From Felis catus (Eukaryota): a stretch of 64,000 bases of DNA. The notes below the pieces were generated by a model. That model saw nothing but the letters and a program-made list of their open reading frames with translations. It had not been told where the DNA came from and made no database searches. The stretch spans positions 94,180,001 to 94,244,000 of the forward strand of contig NC_058368.1 in assembly GCF_018350175.1 (NCBI RefSeq), read 5' to 3'. The translations under genes and the position numbers were made by a program. This document shows positions 24,851 through 37,780 of the stretch, in pieces. Positions within the stretch are counted from its first letter, which is position 1, and each line of letters begins with the position of its first letter.

Positions 24851-26069
24851 AAGGTAAGGTTTTATTATTTTTCATGCCTTTAAATGTAACTTTATGGAGT
24901 CCACAGCTATGGGGATGCCATGGGGCCTTGGGCGCTGCTGACCAGCCATATTAATAGAATGCTCTTTGGACACATTCACGCCATAAGAGGAAGAATGAGT
25001 GCTCTTCATGAAGAGGCGTTCATTTCCTTGTTTCTAGGCTACTAAGAAACAGTTTCACAAGCTTGTGTCACAGGGTGTACATCCTGCCCATCCCTGCCTG
25101 ATGTATTTCATACAGTAAGCCCTCACCTGGTTTCTAAGGGATTATAGGCATGAATGATAGAATGACTGAATATCTATTCCTAGAGGAAGACTTTCAAGGA
25201 CATCGATTACTTTTCGGGCTGGGAGGTTTGTGATCACACTGTAAGCCCTTCCATGAACGAAGGACCTAAGTCTTTAGTTCTCATTCTAGATTTAGAACCC
25301 ATACGTAAAGACAAAGACCTAAGGCAGAGAGAGGCAAGGAGGCAGAGGCCAGCTGCATACGATTAGCCTGACCCGACCGTGTCCCCTCAGCTCTGTGCAC
25401 ACAGAGCTGCAAAGAGCAAGAAACGTGGCCGTGCCCTGCCATCCAAGACCTCACGATGGATTAGAGCAGGTGCAACATGAACATTAGTAAACACAATACA
25501 AGCCAAGACGTGACCTGTGCTTAAAAATAAGCAAATAAATAAAAGAACACAGAGAAGGATTTGAACCATGGACAAGGGCCAAAAGACTTCCAGCTAGGGG
25601 AAGCAGGAAATGCCAACTTCTGAACTAGCTGTGTTTTGATTAATAGAGATTAGAGGGGAAGGGCTTTCTACATAAGGGGAACTCTCTGTGGATGTGGCAG
25701 GGGAGGGCGGGAGAAAGGAACTGGCAGTGCATTCTGGTTGATTAAAGAGTAGTTGTACACTGACCAACTCTGGACTAATCTTGATTTGGCTAGCACATTA
25801 CTATATTTAAAAAAAAAAAAAAGTTTTCTCTGAATGTCCGGAGCAAAGACATGGGCTCTGTGTCCATCGTTATGGTCCTCTGCTGTCTGACTCTCCTACC
25901 CATTCACATACTCATGTTACCTGCTGTCTCTGCAGCTTCAGGATGGGGCCCCTCCACTAGGGCAGAGGGTGTCTTGGGGCCTGTTGGGAAACTCAGGAAT
26001 TGGTAGGTATTTTTAACTTGGAATGAAGGCAGGGAAGGAGTGGGGGGAGGGAGTGTGTGCAGGGAGGTT

Positions 26070-26522
26070 GAATTTGATAGGGAAAAAAACTGCACCTTTA
26101 TTTTCATTGACTTCCAACTGAAATTGAGCATTTCCTGCCATTGTGAATGTGGGCAAAACTCCCATAAAACTATAAGCAGTATGTGTTACTTCCTCACCAA
26201 TAAAACTCACAGATTATTTCATTTCACATTACAGTTGCAGACATCTTAAGCCATCATTTAGGCTTGTTGGCACTTTGAAATTATGTAGTAACAAGATTTA
26301 TGCTAGATCTTGTTATGTCATGAGATAAGAAAGAAGAACATATACTACGATCACAAATTGTGTAGGTATTTTGATATAATTTCCAGATAATCAGTTTACT
26401 TTGTATGTGTTTTCCTATGTGTTTTGTTTTATGCATTGAAAAACATTACTCTTGGAAGGAGTCCACAGTTTTTACCAGACCACCAAAAAGATTCATAACA
26501 CACAATTAGTTAAAAACCTTTA
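26070..26522 (+). mobile_element. hAT-Charlie fossil (Charlie4a-like)
   Basis: Colinear with the copy at 9500-10345 (CTTTATTTTCA.T.AC...TGAAATT...ATGCATTGAAAAACATTACTC..GAAGGAGTCCACAG...TTAAAAACC). Confidence 0.72.
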
Positions 26523-26749
26523 CTGAAGGTAGCTTGGGGTCATACAGTAGAGAGCTTTAAATATCTTCTTCAGCAGTGTGAATTTAATCTTGTAGGTAAA
26601 TGGGAGCCACTGAAGGGTTTTGTTTTCAATGTCAATTATTATTTCATCAAAAAGTAATTAAAAACAATTTGATTGTAGCATAATCATTTTTAATCAGTTG
26701 TATTGAGATATAATTCAGTGCATCCCTTTAGTGAGTTTTAAAGTGATGT

Positions 26750-26950
26750 TTTTTTTTTCAATAAATGTTTATTCACTTTTGAGAGAGAGAGCGGGAGCAG
26801 GGGAGGGGTAGAGAGAGATAGGACAGAGGATCTGAAGCAGGCTCTGCACTGACAGCACAGAGCCCGATGTGGGGCTTGAACTCATGAACCTCAAGATTAC
26901 GACCTGAACTGAAGTTGGACACTCAACCGACAGAGTCACCCAGGTGCTCC
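26750..26950 (-). mobile_element. Can-SINE
   Basis: Complete minus-strand SINE inside an old L1M fragment. Confidence 0.92.
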
Positions 26951-28055
26951 AAATTCAGTGAGTTTGGACATATGTGTGTATGTGTGTGTGTGTGTACACA
27001 TGTAACTACCACTACAATCAAGATCAACTTGGGTAGTAGGAAATAAAATCCCAGAATTGTACGTCCTGTTTTCTCATCCTCAAAGGACCCCCACTCTGGG
27101 CTCCCAAGGGTACCAGCACTTCACTGAGGGCCCCGGAACCCAAGCTCTGAGGAGGAAGCACAGTCTCAAAGGAGTTCAAACAGACAAAGGAATGGCATCT
27201 TGAAAATCAGGGACTTTGTTATAGATAGGACACATGAATGGTCTAAATGCCAGTCCTCAAATATCTACTTATGTAATGATTTATGGAACCACAAGATCAC
27301 AACCTTTTACCGGTAAAGAAAGGGACAGCTTCTGCTCATCCATTCTTATCGGCCGATGTCATGGCTGCCATTAACTGTACTGGCACAAGAGTAATGGTTT
27401 TTCTTCTATCGGCCACAACTTAAGCTATATCTTGTCGAAACTTCTAAAAACTACACACACTCATATAAATTTTTTTTTACAGTTATACCCCCTGAGATTC
27501 TGGGAAATCGTCCCAATTTGGTTTGTCAGGTCCTACAAATATTTACCAAGATGGCACAGGACCAAAAGTCATGAAACTGTTTGCATGAGAGCTTGCCACT
27601 TCAGCTGTTGGAGGGCGGGCCTCCACCACCCTAAAATAATTCAGCCTTTTCTCTTTTAAAGACAGAGAAGGGGGGGGGGGATCACTCACTCTCAAACAAC
27701 TCTTCTAATCTTCTTAAGGAATCTTATTATTGAGACCCTCCCAACATATCTTTAGGGTGTGAAATAAACTCAGAGAGAGGTGATTTTCTAGGAGAGTACA
27801 TGTGGAGGTCTTTCCAGGTGTATTATACGAGTCTTCTGTCATGTACTCCCTTAATAGTCCCATAAGGCAGGCAGGTTACACTCAATAAACATATTTTTTC
27901 TCCTATAAAATCTATGCGAGAATGTTCATAAGCCTTCCATTGCACAATAATGTAACAACAATGATATAACAACATAATGACGATATAATGACAACAAAAC
28001 AATGATGATAACGATAGAAGTGCTTTTCTTAACGTGGATGGTGCACTTTCCAGCA

Positions 28056-28233
28056 TTTTTTTTTTCAGTTTGTTTATTTATTTTGGGAGAGAGAGGGGGA
28101 GAGAGAAAACCCCAAGCAGGCTTCACATTCAGCGCAGGGCCTGACATGGAGCTGGATCCCAGGACCTCGAGATCACGACCTGAGCCGATATCAAGAGTTG
28201 GACACTCAACCGACTGAGCCACCCAGGCGCCCC
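28056..28233 (-). mobile_element. Can-SINE
   Basis: Head, body and T-rich tail on minus strand. Confidence 0.9.
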
Positions 28234-29100
28234 TTTTTTTCACATTCTCATTAAGCTATTCTCTTTAGTGTTTTTTCCCAAGAGCAGGTTTTCTAGATAA
28301 TTTAACAAGAATTGCAGAGACTGGTCATAGGATTACTGCAGCGTCTGCTTCAGCTTTGGTTAATTAGGACACAGAACAAGAACGCTCATGGCTCGAGCTT
28401 TATCTCCCACTATCCCTCTAAAATGTGTTTTGTTTCCCTTTCCCCTTCACAAAATCCAGCATGTTCCGTGACTTTTCTGCCCACTCTTAGGAAATATGCT
28501 GTCTTAGGTCACTTTACGTCACAAAACAGCTTTCATTGGACAATGAGAATGTCGATCCTATGTAACACGCAGAACTCTTTCTGTGCTCTAGAGGATCTTT
28601 CCCCTCTCCTAGCAAGGGCAGACTTCAAGGAGCGGATGTGGGCATTTGTTCTCTCTCTGCCTGCTAAACAAGGCTCCTCGGCCCCTGGGGTTAAAGGGAA
28701 GAAGGCAAAGGAGTACAAAAAGTTCTTCCTTGATTCCTGCCATTCTAAAGGGCTTTGTACTATCTGGCACAGCAGCAGTCTACATGGGATTCTCCCATGA
28801 GGACTACAGTGGGTGCCTTAGAAGCGCCCTTGATGGGTCCCTCCCACTACCCTGCTGGACAAACCAGTTCTCATGCAGTTCCTTTGGCAGCTTGTGTTTT
28901 GATCTGCCTCGTTATCTCCTTTGTTCCCTGACAGCTACCCTACCTCAGAGCGTCCAGTCCAAATCTCCTATTTAACAAACTATAACATTCGCTGTTACAT
29001 TAATCCTTTTATACTATGGCTCCTTGTCACTTGGGTGGGTCTGAGCACAGAATGACATTTCCTTCTAGCCAGTAAAATTGTATATAAAAAACGTTGGCTG

Positions 29101-29342
29101 GGGGCACCTGGGTGGCTCAGTTGGTTGAGCGTCTGACTTCGGCTCAGGTTGTTATCTCAGTTCGTGATCTCACAGCTTATGAGTTCGGGCCCCCCATCAG
29201 GCTCTGTGCTGATAGCCCGGAGCCTGGAACTTGCTTCGGATCCTGCGTCTCCCTCTCTCTCTGCCCCTCCCCTGCTCACGCTGTTTTTCTGTCTCTCGAA
29301 AAATAAATGAATGTTAAAAAGAAACAAACAAACAAACAAACA
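29101..29342 (+). mobile_element. Can-SINE
   Basis: Complete; small internal duplication (ATCTCAGTTCGTGATCTCA); (AAAC)n tail. Confidence 0.92.
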
Positions 29343-29390
29343 CAAGGCTGGCCTTGTTACAGTATCTGGAAATTTTCTTAGAATTACTAC

Positions 29391-29598
29391 TTTTTTTTAA
29401 ATGTTTACTTAGTTTTGAGAGAAAAAGAGAGAATGCAAGTGGGGAGAGGCAGAGAGAGAGAAGAGAAAGAGTTCCAAGCTGGCCCTGCGCCATCAGCACA
29501 GAGCCTGATGCGGGGCTCGAACCCACAAACTGTGAGATCATGACCTGAGCCAAAATCAAGAGCTGGACGCTTAACCGACTAAGCCACCCAGGTGTGCC
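29391..29598 (-). mobile_element. Can-SINE
   Basis: Complete; TSD TAGAATTA. Confidence 0.92.
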
Positions 29599-29876
29599 TA
29601 GAATTAACTAATTTTCATTCAAGGTTTTGCTTTGACTTCAATTAGAAACGGGTTATATGAGTTCATTTTGAGATGGGTTATAATATCTCTGGCACAGACA
29701 TTGATTCTTTTTCCAATTTGTTCCACATTTTAGGTGCTCTTCTCTAAATAGGCATTCTCAACTTGGATCATCCTGGGCCTAGGCTTGAAATCAATTCTGT
29801 CTCTCCTCGCTGATGGAAATTTTCACATTGAGCTCATCATATTTTATATTTTTCAATGTAAAAATACAGAAGAGAG

Positions 29877-30094
29877 GGGCGCCTGGGTGGCTTAGTCGGT
29901 TAAGCGTCCGACTTCAGCTCAGGTCATGATCTCGAGGTCCGTGAGTTTGAGCCCCGCATCAGGTTCTGTGCTGATGGCTCAGAGCCTGGAGCCTGTTTCG
30001 GATTCTGTGTCTCCCTCTCTCTCTTCCCCTCCCCTGCTCATGCTGTCTCTCTCTGTCTCTCAAAAATAAATAAACGTTTAAAAATTTTTAAAAG
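29877..30094 (+). mobile_element. Young feline Can-SINE
   Basis: TSD AAAATACAGAAGAGAG. Confidence 0.96.
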
Positions 30095-30328
30095 AAAATA
30101 CAGAAGAGAGTATGAATTCCAGTGCCCAATCCTGAGAAGAAATGCATTCTAGCTGAAGATCACTATACCATTCTTAGTCAAGATTATCTGTGCATCTTCA
30201 AGGCTCATCGGAGCTGTATGTTTTTAAATAAGAGTAGTATGTGAGTTTTTAGACGTTCCAATCCATTTTCCTGTCTCTCACCCTGCCCTCAGCATCGTGT
30301 CAGCAACCACTGTGGTAAGTGCATCAGC

Positions 30329-30683
30329 TGGGCTGTGGCTAAGGTGAGGAGGGTGTGGCCTCTAGGATGTAAAATTTATTTACCTTTTAATTTTTTTAAT
30401 GTTTACTTATTTTTAGAGAGAGAGAGAGAATGGGGGAGGGGCAGAAAGAGAGGAAGACACAGAATCTGAAGCAGGCTCCAGGCTCTGAGCTGTCAGCACA
30501 GAGCCCGATGCGGGGCTCGAACTCACAAATGGAGATATTATGACCTGAGCCGAAGTTGGACGCTTAACTGACTGAGCTGCCTAGGTGCCCCTAGGATATA
30601 CAATGTAAGGAGGTGCTCACTCCGGTGGTCCTGCAAGATCTGTGCCCTTGGGCCTTGCTTACCTTACTCTAGTGCTGTCTCTG
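30329..30683. mobile_element. MER96-like hAT-Tip100 MITE split by a - SINE (30385-30591)
   Basis: GGGCTGTGGCTAAGGTGAGG..AAAATTTA[SINE]AAGGAGGTGCTCACTC...CCTTACTCTAGTGCTGTCTCTG; degenerate terminal inverted repeats. Confidence 0.6.
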
Positions 30684-30689
30684 TGTGTC

Positions 30690-30945
30690 AGATGTGCATT
30701 TATTCAATAACATTCCTGAGGACCTTCTGTGGTCCAAATACTGTTCCTGATGCTGGACATCCAGAAACGAAGCAATGGGAGAGAAGTTTCTGCCCTCAGT
30801 GGGCAGCAGCAGGTGCCATGCAGAAAGATAAGGCAGAGAATGGGAACAAGGAAATGCCAGACTGAGGCAGGGAGCGTCACCGGAAACAGGGGCACCCTTA
30901 GTGACAAAGCAACATTTGAGTGATGGCCTGAAGGATGTGACATGT
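30690..30945 (-). mobile_element. L2 3' fragment
   Basis: CATTTATTCAATAACATTCCTGAGGACCTTCTGTG...GGCACCCTTAGTGACAAAGCAACATTTGAG. Confidence 0.7.
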
Positions 30946-32319
30946 TTTGGACCACGTGATGACAGGTTCAAAATATCTTATGAATTTGTTGCCAACAGTT
31001 TATGATGCCTCCTTCCCGTAAATATCCGGCTTCTCTTGACAAACCCAAAGATCTTGCAACACGGGAGTCCTATTCCTGGGTGACACAAGTGACATGGAGC
31101 AGAGAGGTGCTGGCTACTTTAAACCAAGCCAGGGCCTTTATATTGGGCAAGAGTGCCGTGGTTCCCCGAGTCTCCACGTGCCTGCCTTCCTCACTTGTAT
31201 CACATACCTGTCCCCTGCAGACACTGGACGTTGCAAACCTTGCCTCAAATCCTTGAGAGAGATTCTCAAACCTGCCACCCTCCAAGCGGTAACTCGGAGG
31301 CTTGGTGGCTACTGAAATGAGAAGTGAGCTCACCGGATCACAGTGAAGTCACTCCACTTACTGAGGCAAGGAGGGCCTTGACATTGGACTCCAGCGATGA
31401 GTGGTGTTTACCTACTGCTTGTGGCTGGGGGAGACCCAGATACCAATGGGCTGTTCTCTTGCACAATGACTGATATTCCCAGAACTGTGGTAAACTCCGC
31501 AGTCCTAATCTAGACACGCACTAACTTTCCACCGGTCTTTTGTTTTTTTTCTTTTTTTTGGAGCAAAAGGAAAAAAATAAATAAATGAATTCTGGGATGT
31601 GCAAGGCATGATTTTCTGCCCTAGCGGTATTTCAAGAAAACAAGCAGTCATGGGTCTTAGGGACCCCACCTACCCACTGGCTTGTGTCAAGGACAGAAAT
31701 TTTTCACGTGGGTGAGATGCCCATATCCTTCACTGAAACTACCCCGAGGAAGAAATCCGTGGTGACAGCACAGCAGAGATGAGGTGATGACCGAGTGCCA
31801 TTCCCAGCTCACCAGGGGAGGGAAAGGTGTGTTGCCATAGTAACTAACCATCTCTCCTAATCTGAACCAGTTCAGAGGTGTTTTTGTGTCTGCAACTCTG
31901 CCTAAATTATAAGAGGGTTTTAAACTGAAGCCAGGTAGGTAGGAATGAGCTAAGACTTCTCGTCTCCACTTGTGTAAAAATCTCAAGTGTGAAACTGCAT
32001 GAAACTGGTTTTGTTGTAAAAGGAACAGAGCTGGGGCACTGGGACTTTGAAGCAGATGTGCCACAAGTGACAAACGGGGTGGGAATCTGGATGTATTCCC
32101 ATCCACTGACTGTATTTGCAATGGATTTAAAAACCTCAAACCCTCCTTAGTGTATGGAGTACATTATGTCTCTGCATTATTTCACAATCCGTTGGGGAAA
32201 AAAAAAGAAAGAAATAGGACAGCATATTTTCAAATCTTAACTTCAGGTGAGGTGCAGGAAAACTGAATTTTGATGTTAGTAGAAATAAAAACCACGGGTT
32301 AAAACATTAGAACTATTTG

Positions 32320-32730
32320 TTTTTGGTTTTGTTTTTGTTTCCCAGAGGGAGTGTGCTAGCTGGAGAAGAGGGGCAGAGGGAGAGAGAGAAAAATTTTTTC
32401 TAATGTTTATTTTTGAGAGAGAGAGAGAAAGATAATGAGCGAGGGAGGTGTAGAGAGAGAAGGGGATAGAGGTTCTGAAGCAGGCTGTATGCAGATAGCC
32501 TGATTTGGGGCTTGAACTCACAAATTGTGAGATCATGACCTGAGCCAAAGTCAGATGCTTAATCAGCTGAGCCACCCAGGTGCCCAGAGAAGGGGAGAAT
32601 CATAAGTAGGCTCCACGCTCCAGGCTCAGCTTGGAGCCCGACATGGGGCTCGATCCCATGACCCTGGGATCATGACCTGAGCCAAAATCAAGAGTCCAAC
32701 GCTTAACTGACCCAGCCACCCAGGTGCCCC
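32320..32730 (-). mobile_element. Nested Can-SINEs (inner ~32391-32585 within outer)
   Basis: Outer SINE broken in its (GA) region, resuming at GAGAATCATAAGTAGG; outer TSD TAGAAC(T/C)ATTT. Confidence 0.88.
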
Positions 32731-33337
32731 TAGAACCATTTTTAAAACAAGTTTGCAAATAACTCCTCGGCCATTCCTACAGCTTGAATGCTAAACTCAC
32801 ATGAATTGAAGGGAAGTTTATTTTAAGGTGACCCCTAGAAAGCTTGTGAAATGGGAGAAATTTCTCTTTGGTGTGCAAAATCTCTGTATTTTCCTTCACC
32901 TTTGGCAGGTTCCTCTCTGCCCTGCTCACCACACTGTTCTCGTGATCACACTCTCTCATGCTTCTGGCTCCCTGTATCAAAATATGGGCCAACAGGGAGA
33001 CATGAGAAACTTCTCTTATCTTTTTAAAGAAGTTCTGGTTCTAAAGATTGCTTCTGATTTTAAGAGTGTGAGGGAAAGAGGGTCAAGGGAAGAAAGACTT
33101 TGTCCCCTTTGCACATTCTTATGACCTGTTTCTCCTCTTGAGCAAATTTTTCAAAGGATGCTAATCATTTCTGCAATGAAACGTTTTTGTGGTTTGCTTT
33201 TGGAAATCAAACATCAAGTAGCAGCATCTGGCCTGCAGCCAGTTCTATTAACTCACACCTGCTTGTTACATCCATCGTATCAGTACAGGAGCTTGACAAA
33301 TGTGTTCTTGTGACATCCTGAATAAATATATGCTTTA

Positions 33338-33552
33338 AGGGGTGCCTGGGTGTCTCGGTCAGTTAAGCATCCGACCCTTGGTTTCGGCTCAGGTCACCAT
33401 GTCACGGTTCCGTGAGTTCGAGCCCTGCATCGGGCTCTGTGCTGGCAGTGTAGAGCCTGCTTGGGATTCTATCTCCCTCTCTCTCTCTGCCCCTCCCTCC
33501 CTCACACTATCTCTGTCTCTCTCAAAATAAGTAAATAAACTTAAAAAAAAAA
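33338..33552 (+). mobile_element. Can-SINE
   Basis: Complete; TSD-like TATG(C/T)TTTAA. Confidence 0.92.
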
Positions 33553-33619
33553 GTATGTTTTAATTATGTAGTAAACTTGAACTTGCAAAGAAAAGACAAA
33601 AGAAACCTTATTTCATCTT

Positions 33620-33754
33620 TTAATTTTTATTTATTTATTACTATTTTTTAAGATTTTATTTTTAAATAATCTCTATACCCATTGCGGGGCTCAAACTTAC
33701 AGCGCACAGATAAAGAGTCACATGCTCTAGTGAGTGAGCCCATCAGGCGCCCCC
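33620..33754 (-). mobile_element. Short Can-SINE
   Basis: TAATCTCTATACCC..GGGGCTCAAACTTAC...CAGGCGCCCC. Confidence 0.82.
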
Positions 33755-34017
33755 AAGAACCCCTATTTTAATTTTTCCATTAAAAAAAAAAGCCTTATCA
33801 GAGTTCTTTTTTAACCTGTATGCCTTTTCATTCTTTTTCATTGCGCCTGAAAACAAGTTTGCAAAACAAGTTTAGGGGCCCACACACATAGCTTGAATAC
33901 TAAACTCATATCAATGGCAGGACAACTTAATTTTAGTGTGACCTTCCACTTTAAGAAAGCCACATGTGAGAGAGCTTAATTTATTTTAAAATATCACTTA
34001 AGATGAATAAACCCATT

Positions 34018-34194
34018 GGGGCACGTGGGTGGCTCAGTTGGTTAAGCCTCCGACTCTTCAGCTCAGGTCACGATCTCATGGTTTGTGGGATCGAGCCCCA
34101 AGTCGGGCCCTGTGCTGACAGTGCTGAGCCTGCTTGGGATTCTCTGTCTCCCTCTCCCTCTGTCTCCCTCCCCAGCTCATTCTCAATCTCTCTG

Positions 34195-34219
<25 letters not shown>
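34018..34219 (+). mobile_element. Can-SINE
   Basis: Complete, with ~22-nt poly-A. Confidence 0.9.
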
Positions 34220-34225
<6 letters not shown>

Positions 34226-34807
34226 AAGCGATTTAACAAGAAACAAATTTTAAAGATTGAGGAAATAACTTTGGGGGAGAGTCCCCTTCCAGTGTCCTGG
34301 AAATCACAATGACAACAGCGGGGAATTCTGCTTTTGCTGAGGTTTATCCTATTCACTTGTTTCCCTCCATGAATCATTACTAAGGGGCAGCAGTGTCTCA
34401 GGATGGCCCAAAAGCAGGTGACCCAGGACAACCCCTGTCCTCGAGGCTGTGCATTATGTGAGAAAACGACCACCTTTCCTCCACCTTCTGTGCCCGCACC
34501 CCTCCCCCTCCACTTCCTGCAGAGGGAGAAGCTTCTCTCCTCACTGCTGGTTCCATCCACTTGCTTTCTTCAACTCTCTCTCCTCCTTTTGAATCTCTTC
34601 CCCACTCCTGTTCCCTTCCTTTCCAGCCAAAACCTGTGCACATCTCCCCTATTCTGAAAAACCCCTCTTTGCAATATGCTGTCACCTCAAGTTACTACTG
34701 TCCACGTTCTGTCCCTACCAATCACCTTGAACAAATACCCTGAGGCTTCTCAAACATGATCGCGCATGTGAATCACCTGGGAAACAGTGTTAGAACACAT
34801 ATTCTGA

Positions 34808-35025
34808 GGGTACCCGGGTGGATCAGTCAGTTAAATAGCAGACTCTTGATTTCCCCACAGGTCATGATCTCATGGTTTCTGGGTTCCTGCCCCGTGATGG
34901 GCTCTGCACTGACAGTACATAGGCTGCTTGGGATTCTCTCTCTCCCTCTCTGTGCCTCCCTGGCTCATGCCCACACACTCTCTTTCTCAAAATAAATACA
35001 TAAACTTAAAAAAAAAAAAAAAAAA
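34808..35025 (+). mobile_element. Can-SINE
   Basis: Diverged head, CT region, poly-A. Confidence 0.88.
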
Positions 35026-35184
35026 GAGGGGCAGGCAGCTTCCATATGTGTCTCTTACATGTCTCTATCTCTGCCAATCTGGGGCCAAAATAAGATGGTC
35101 GTAAATTAGACATATGAAGTCTAAGAACACGGTGGTGCTGGGACAACTGGCTAGTTATCTGCAAGATATAAACAGTGAAAGTTA

Positions 35185-35400
35185 AGGGGCGCCTGGGTGG
35201 CTCAGTTGGTTAAGCGTCTGACTCTTGATTTCGGCTCATGTCGTGACCTCACGGTTAGCGGCCATCAAGCCCCCCACCGGGCTCTGTGCTGACAGTCCAG
35301 AGCCTGTTCAGGATTCTCTCTCTCCCTCTCTGTCTCTGCCCCTCCCCTGTATGCAAGTGTGTGCGCACACCCTCTCAAAATAAATAAACATTAAAAGAAA
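35185..35400 (+). mobile_element. Can-SINE
   Basis: Complete plus-strand SINE. Confidence 0.92.
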
Positions 35401-36159
35401 ATTATATAGATATGTATGTATATATATTTACACATATGTATGTGCTGATATATATCAACACAGAGGTATTAACATATACATATGCATGGAAAGAGAGCGA
35501 GAGAGCCAAGTAGTAGCTAAGGTGCCCACTGGGGTTGAACTGGCTTTGGACCTTGTGACAGCTGGACTGGATTCACACCAACGCACTTTGAGAATTGACT
35601 CCTCCCCGGAGGTTTACTTCTTCGTCTCTCCAGCTGCCTCTGCACTTCTGTGCCCAGGTGCACTGGTCTTGTTTCATTTCCTAGAACTAGGACTTCAATG
35701 TAAAACTTACTCCTTCACAATAACTCTGTTCCCTGTCAGCCTTTTGTGAGTTTTTGCTGACTTGATTCAAGGCTTCAGGGGCACTGTGATGATCCCTTAG
35801 CTTCCCTCAGTCTTTTTGCTGCCTGATTTCCAGAAAGCCTTGGTGCCAGCCAGCATCCAGCCCTGTGCATGTCTCTGTCATGAGATGTTGTGTGTCTATG
35901 TATGGATGTGTATATGTATGTACACATAAATGTGTATATAGTATATTATGTATTATATGCTATATTTTATATTATAGATATACTAGATTCTGTCTCCCTG
36001 AATATTGAAAACTCTAGGAAGATATTCTTCAAAAAGTTAACAGTGGCTATCTCTATATAGTAGAGGCTCCAATGACTTTTATATTGGTCTTCATGCTTTT
36101 CTGAATTTTCTGAAATTGTTGCAAGTGTGTACTACTATTATAAGAGAAAAAAATAAGAG

Positions 36160-36393
36160 TTTTTTTTTAATTTTATTTTTTCTTATTTATTGTTATTTTT
36201 TATTTTATAGAGAGAGTGCATGCACGCAAGCGGGGAGAGGTGCAGAAAGAGAGAGGGAGAAAATCCCGAGCAGGCTCTGCGCTTTGTGCGTGTGGAGCCC
36301 GACACAGGGCTTGAACTCACTGACCTTGAGATCATGACCTGAGCCAAAATCAAGAGTCAGGTGCTCAACCAACTGAGCCACCCGGGCGTCCCT
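36160..36393 (-). mobile_element. Can-SINE
   Basis: Complete minus-strand SINE. Confidence 0.9.
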
Positions 36394-37499
36394 GGCTATT
36401 GTTTTCAATTTTAAAGGAGAGAGGCATACTAGAGATAACAACGTAATATTTCTCCGGGCCTGTCCACACCCCCTCTGCAGAATCTCAGCTCAAATTCATC
36501 CCACACTGAGGAGTACGCAGGCGGTGTTCCACATGGGACCTGAAACCACTATCTTGGCTACCATGTGGGTCTCCTATTTGCTGCCTCTCCTGCGGGGATG
36601 TCCCCTGCCAGTATCCCCAAGGGAAGCCCTCCTCACACGGTCCTGAAAGAGCTCTGCACTGTTGCTGGGTTCCTGCCAGCCTCTCAGCCAAGGGACTGAA
36701 GGTCTCACAAGGCCACTATCCCCTATCTTTGCCCAAATTGACCTTCTCTGTTGACCTGCCCTTTGTGCAGAGGACAGTGCGACCTTCCAGAGCCGGGAGT
36801 GACCTCTTCTCCCCTTTCTCTACCTCTGATAGAAAGGAAGTGAAAGATAAATAAACAGGATTAATGTCCAAACCAATCTTGCGGTTCTCCCTCCTCCTCG
36901 TGTCAAAGAGAACAAAAGATCCCTGTGTTCCTGCCTTCCTGGAAATGTCACTGCAGAGCCCTTAAGAGGCTACCTGTGGGAGCTAAGAGCTGGGGGGGAC
37001 CACACAGGCAGACATGAAAGAAAGCTGTCTGGCTCCCGGTCAGCTACTTTGGTGGAGTTGAGGGGGGTGGGGTGGGACCAGACTGAAGTACCCCAAGGAG
37101 GCACCCCGAACTGACTATGACAATTGTCCCGACAGTTCCAGTTCATCGGAGGAGATGTGCCAGGATAGCCTCCCATCCCTAGAACCCAAGCTTGCTGTGT
37201 ATGGTCAGCCCCTTTCGGCGGACTCCCAATGAGGGTGTCCGGGCAGAAGAACACTACCAACGCCAGAAATTATGGCCTCATATCATGGTCTCTGCATGAC
37301 TGAACAACCTCAGGATGGTGAATGCAGGTATCTGGGCTCAAGCGTTGGAACGCTTACACTAAAAAACCACTGGATACGTCTGTTACCAACAAGAAAAACA
37401 TAACACTTCAGTATCTACTACAAACTGGCCAGCCACAGGCTGGACCTGCTGGCTTACAGCTACATTTTATTTAAACTACTCATTATTGGCCTGCTTGGG

Positions 37500-37729
37500 C
37501 TTAAAATTAAAAAAAAAATTTTTTAACGTTTATTTATTGTTGAGAGACAGCAAGACACAGAGCATGAGCAGGGGAAGGGCCAAGAGATGGAGAGACACAG
37601 AATCCGAAGCAGGCTCCAGGCTCTGAGCTGTCAGCACAGAGCCCGACGCAGGGCTCGAACTCACAAACCGCGAGATCGTGACCTGAGCTGAAGTCGGATG
37701 CTTAACTGACTGAGCCACCCAGGCGCCCC
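37500..37729 (-). mobile_element. Can-SINE (feline type)
   Basis: Complete minus-strand SINE. Confidence 0.93.
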
Positions 37730-37780
37730 TAAATTTCTTTTTTTTATATTATTTACCAATATTTAAAAATCAGGAGAATT

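Noticed and set aside
28312..28800. 162-aa ORF in unique DNA
   Set aside because: TTG start, no recognisable domain or exon structure; length is compatible with chance
31687..32139. 150-aa minus-strand ORF
   Set aside because: TTG start, no recognisable homology or splice context
37062..37232. Stop-free stretch ...DYDNCPDSSSSSEEMCQDSLPSLEPKL...
   Set aside because: Short, no credible acceptor or start, no recognisable protein
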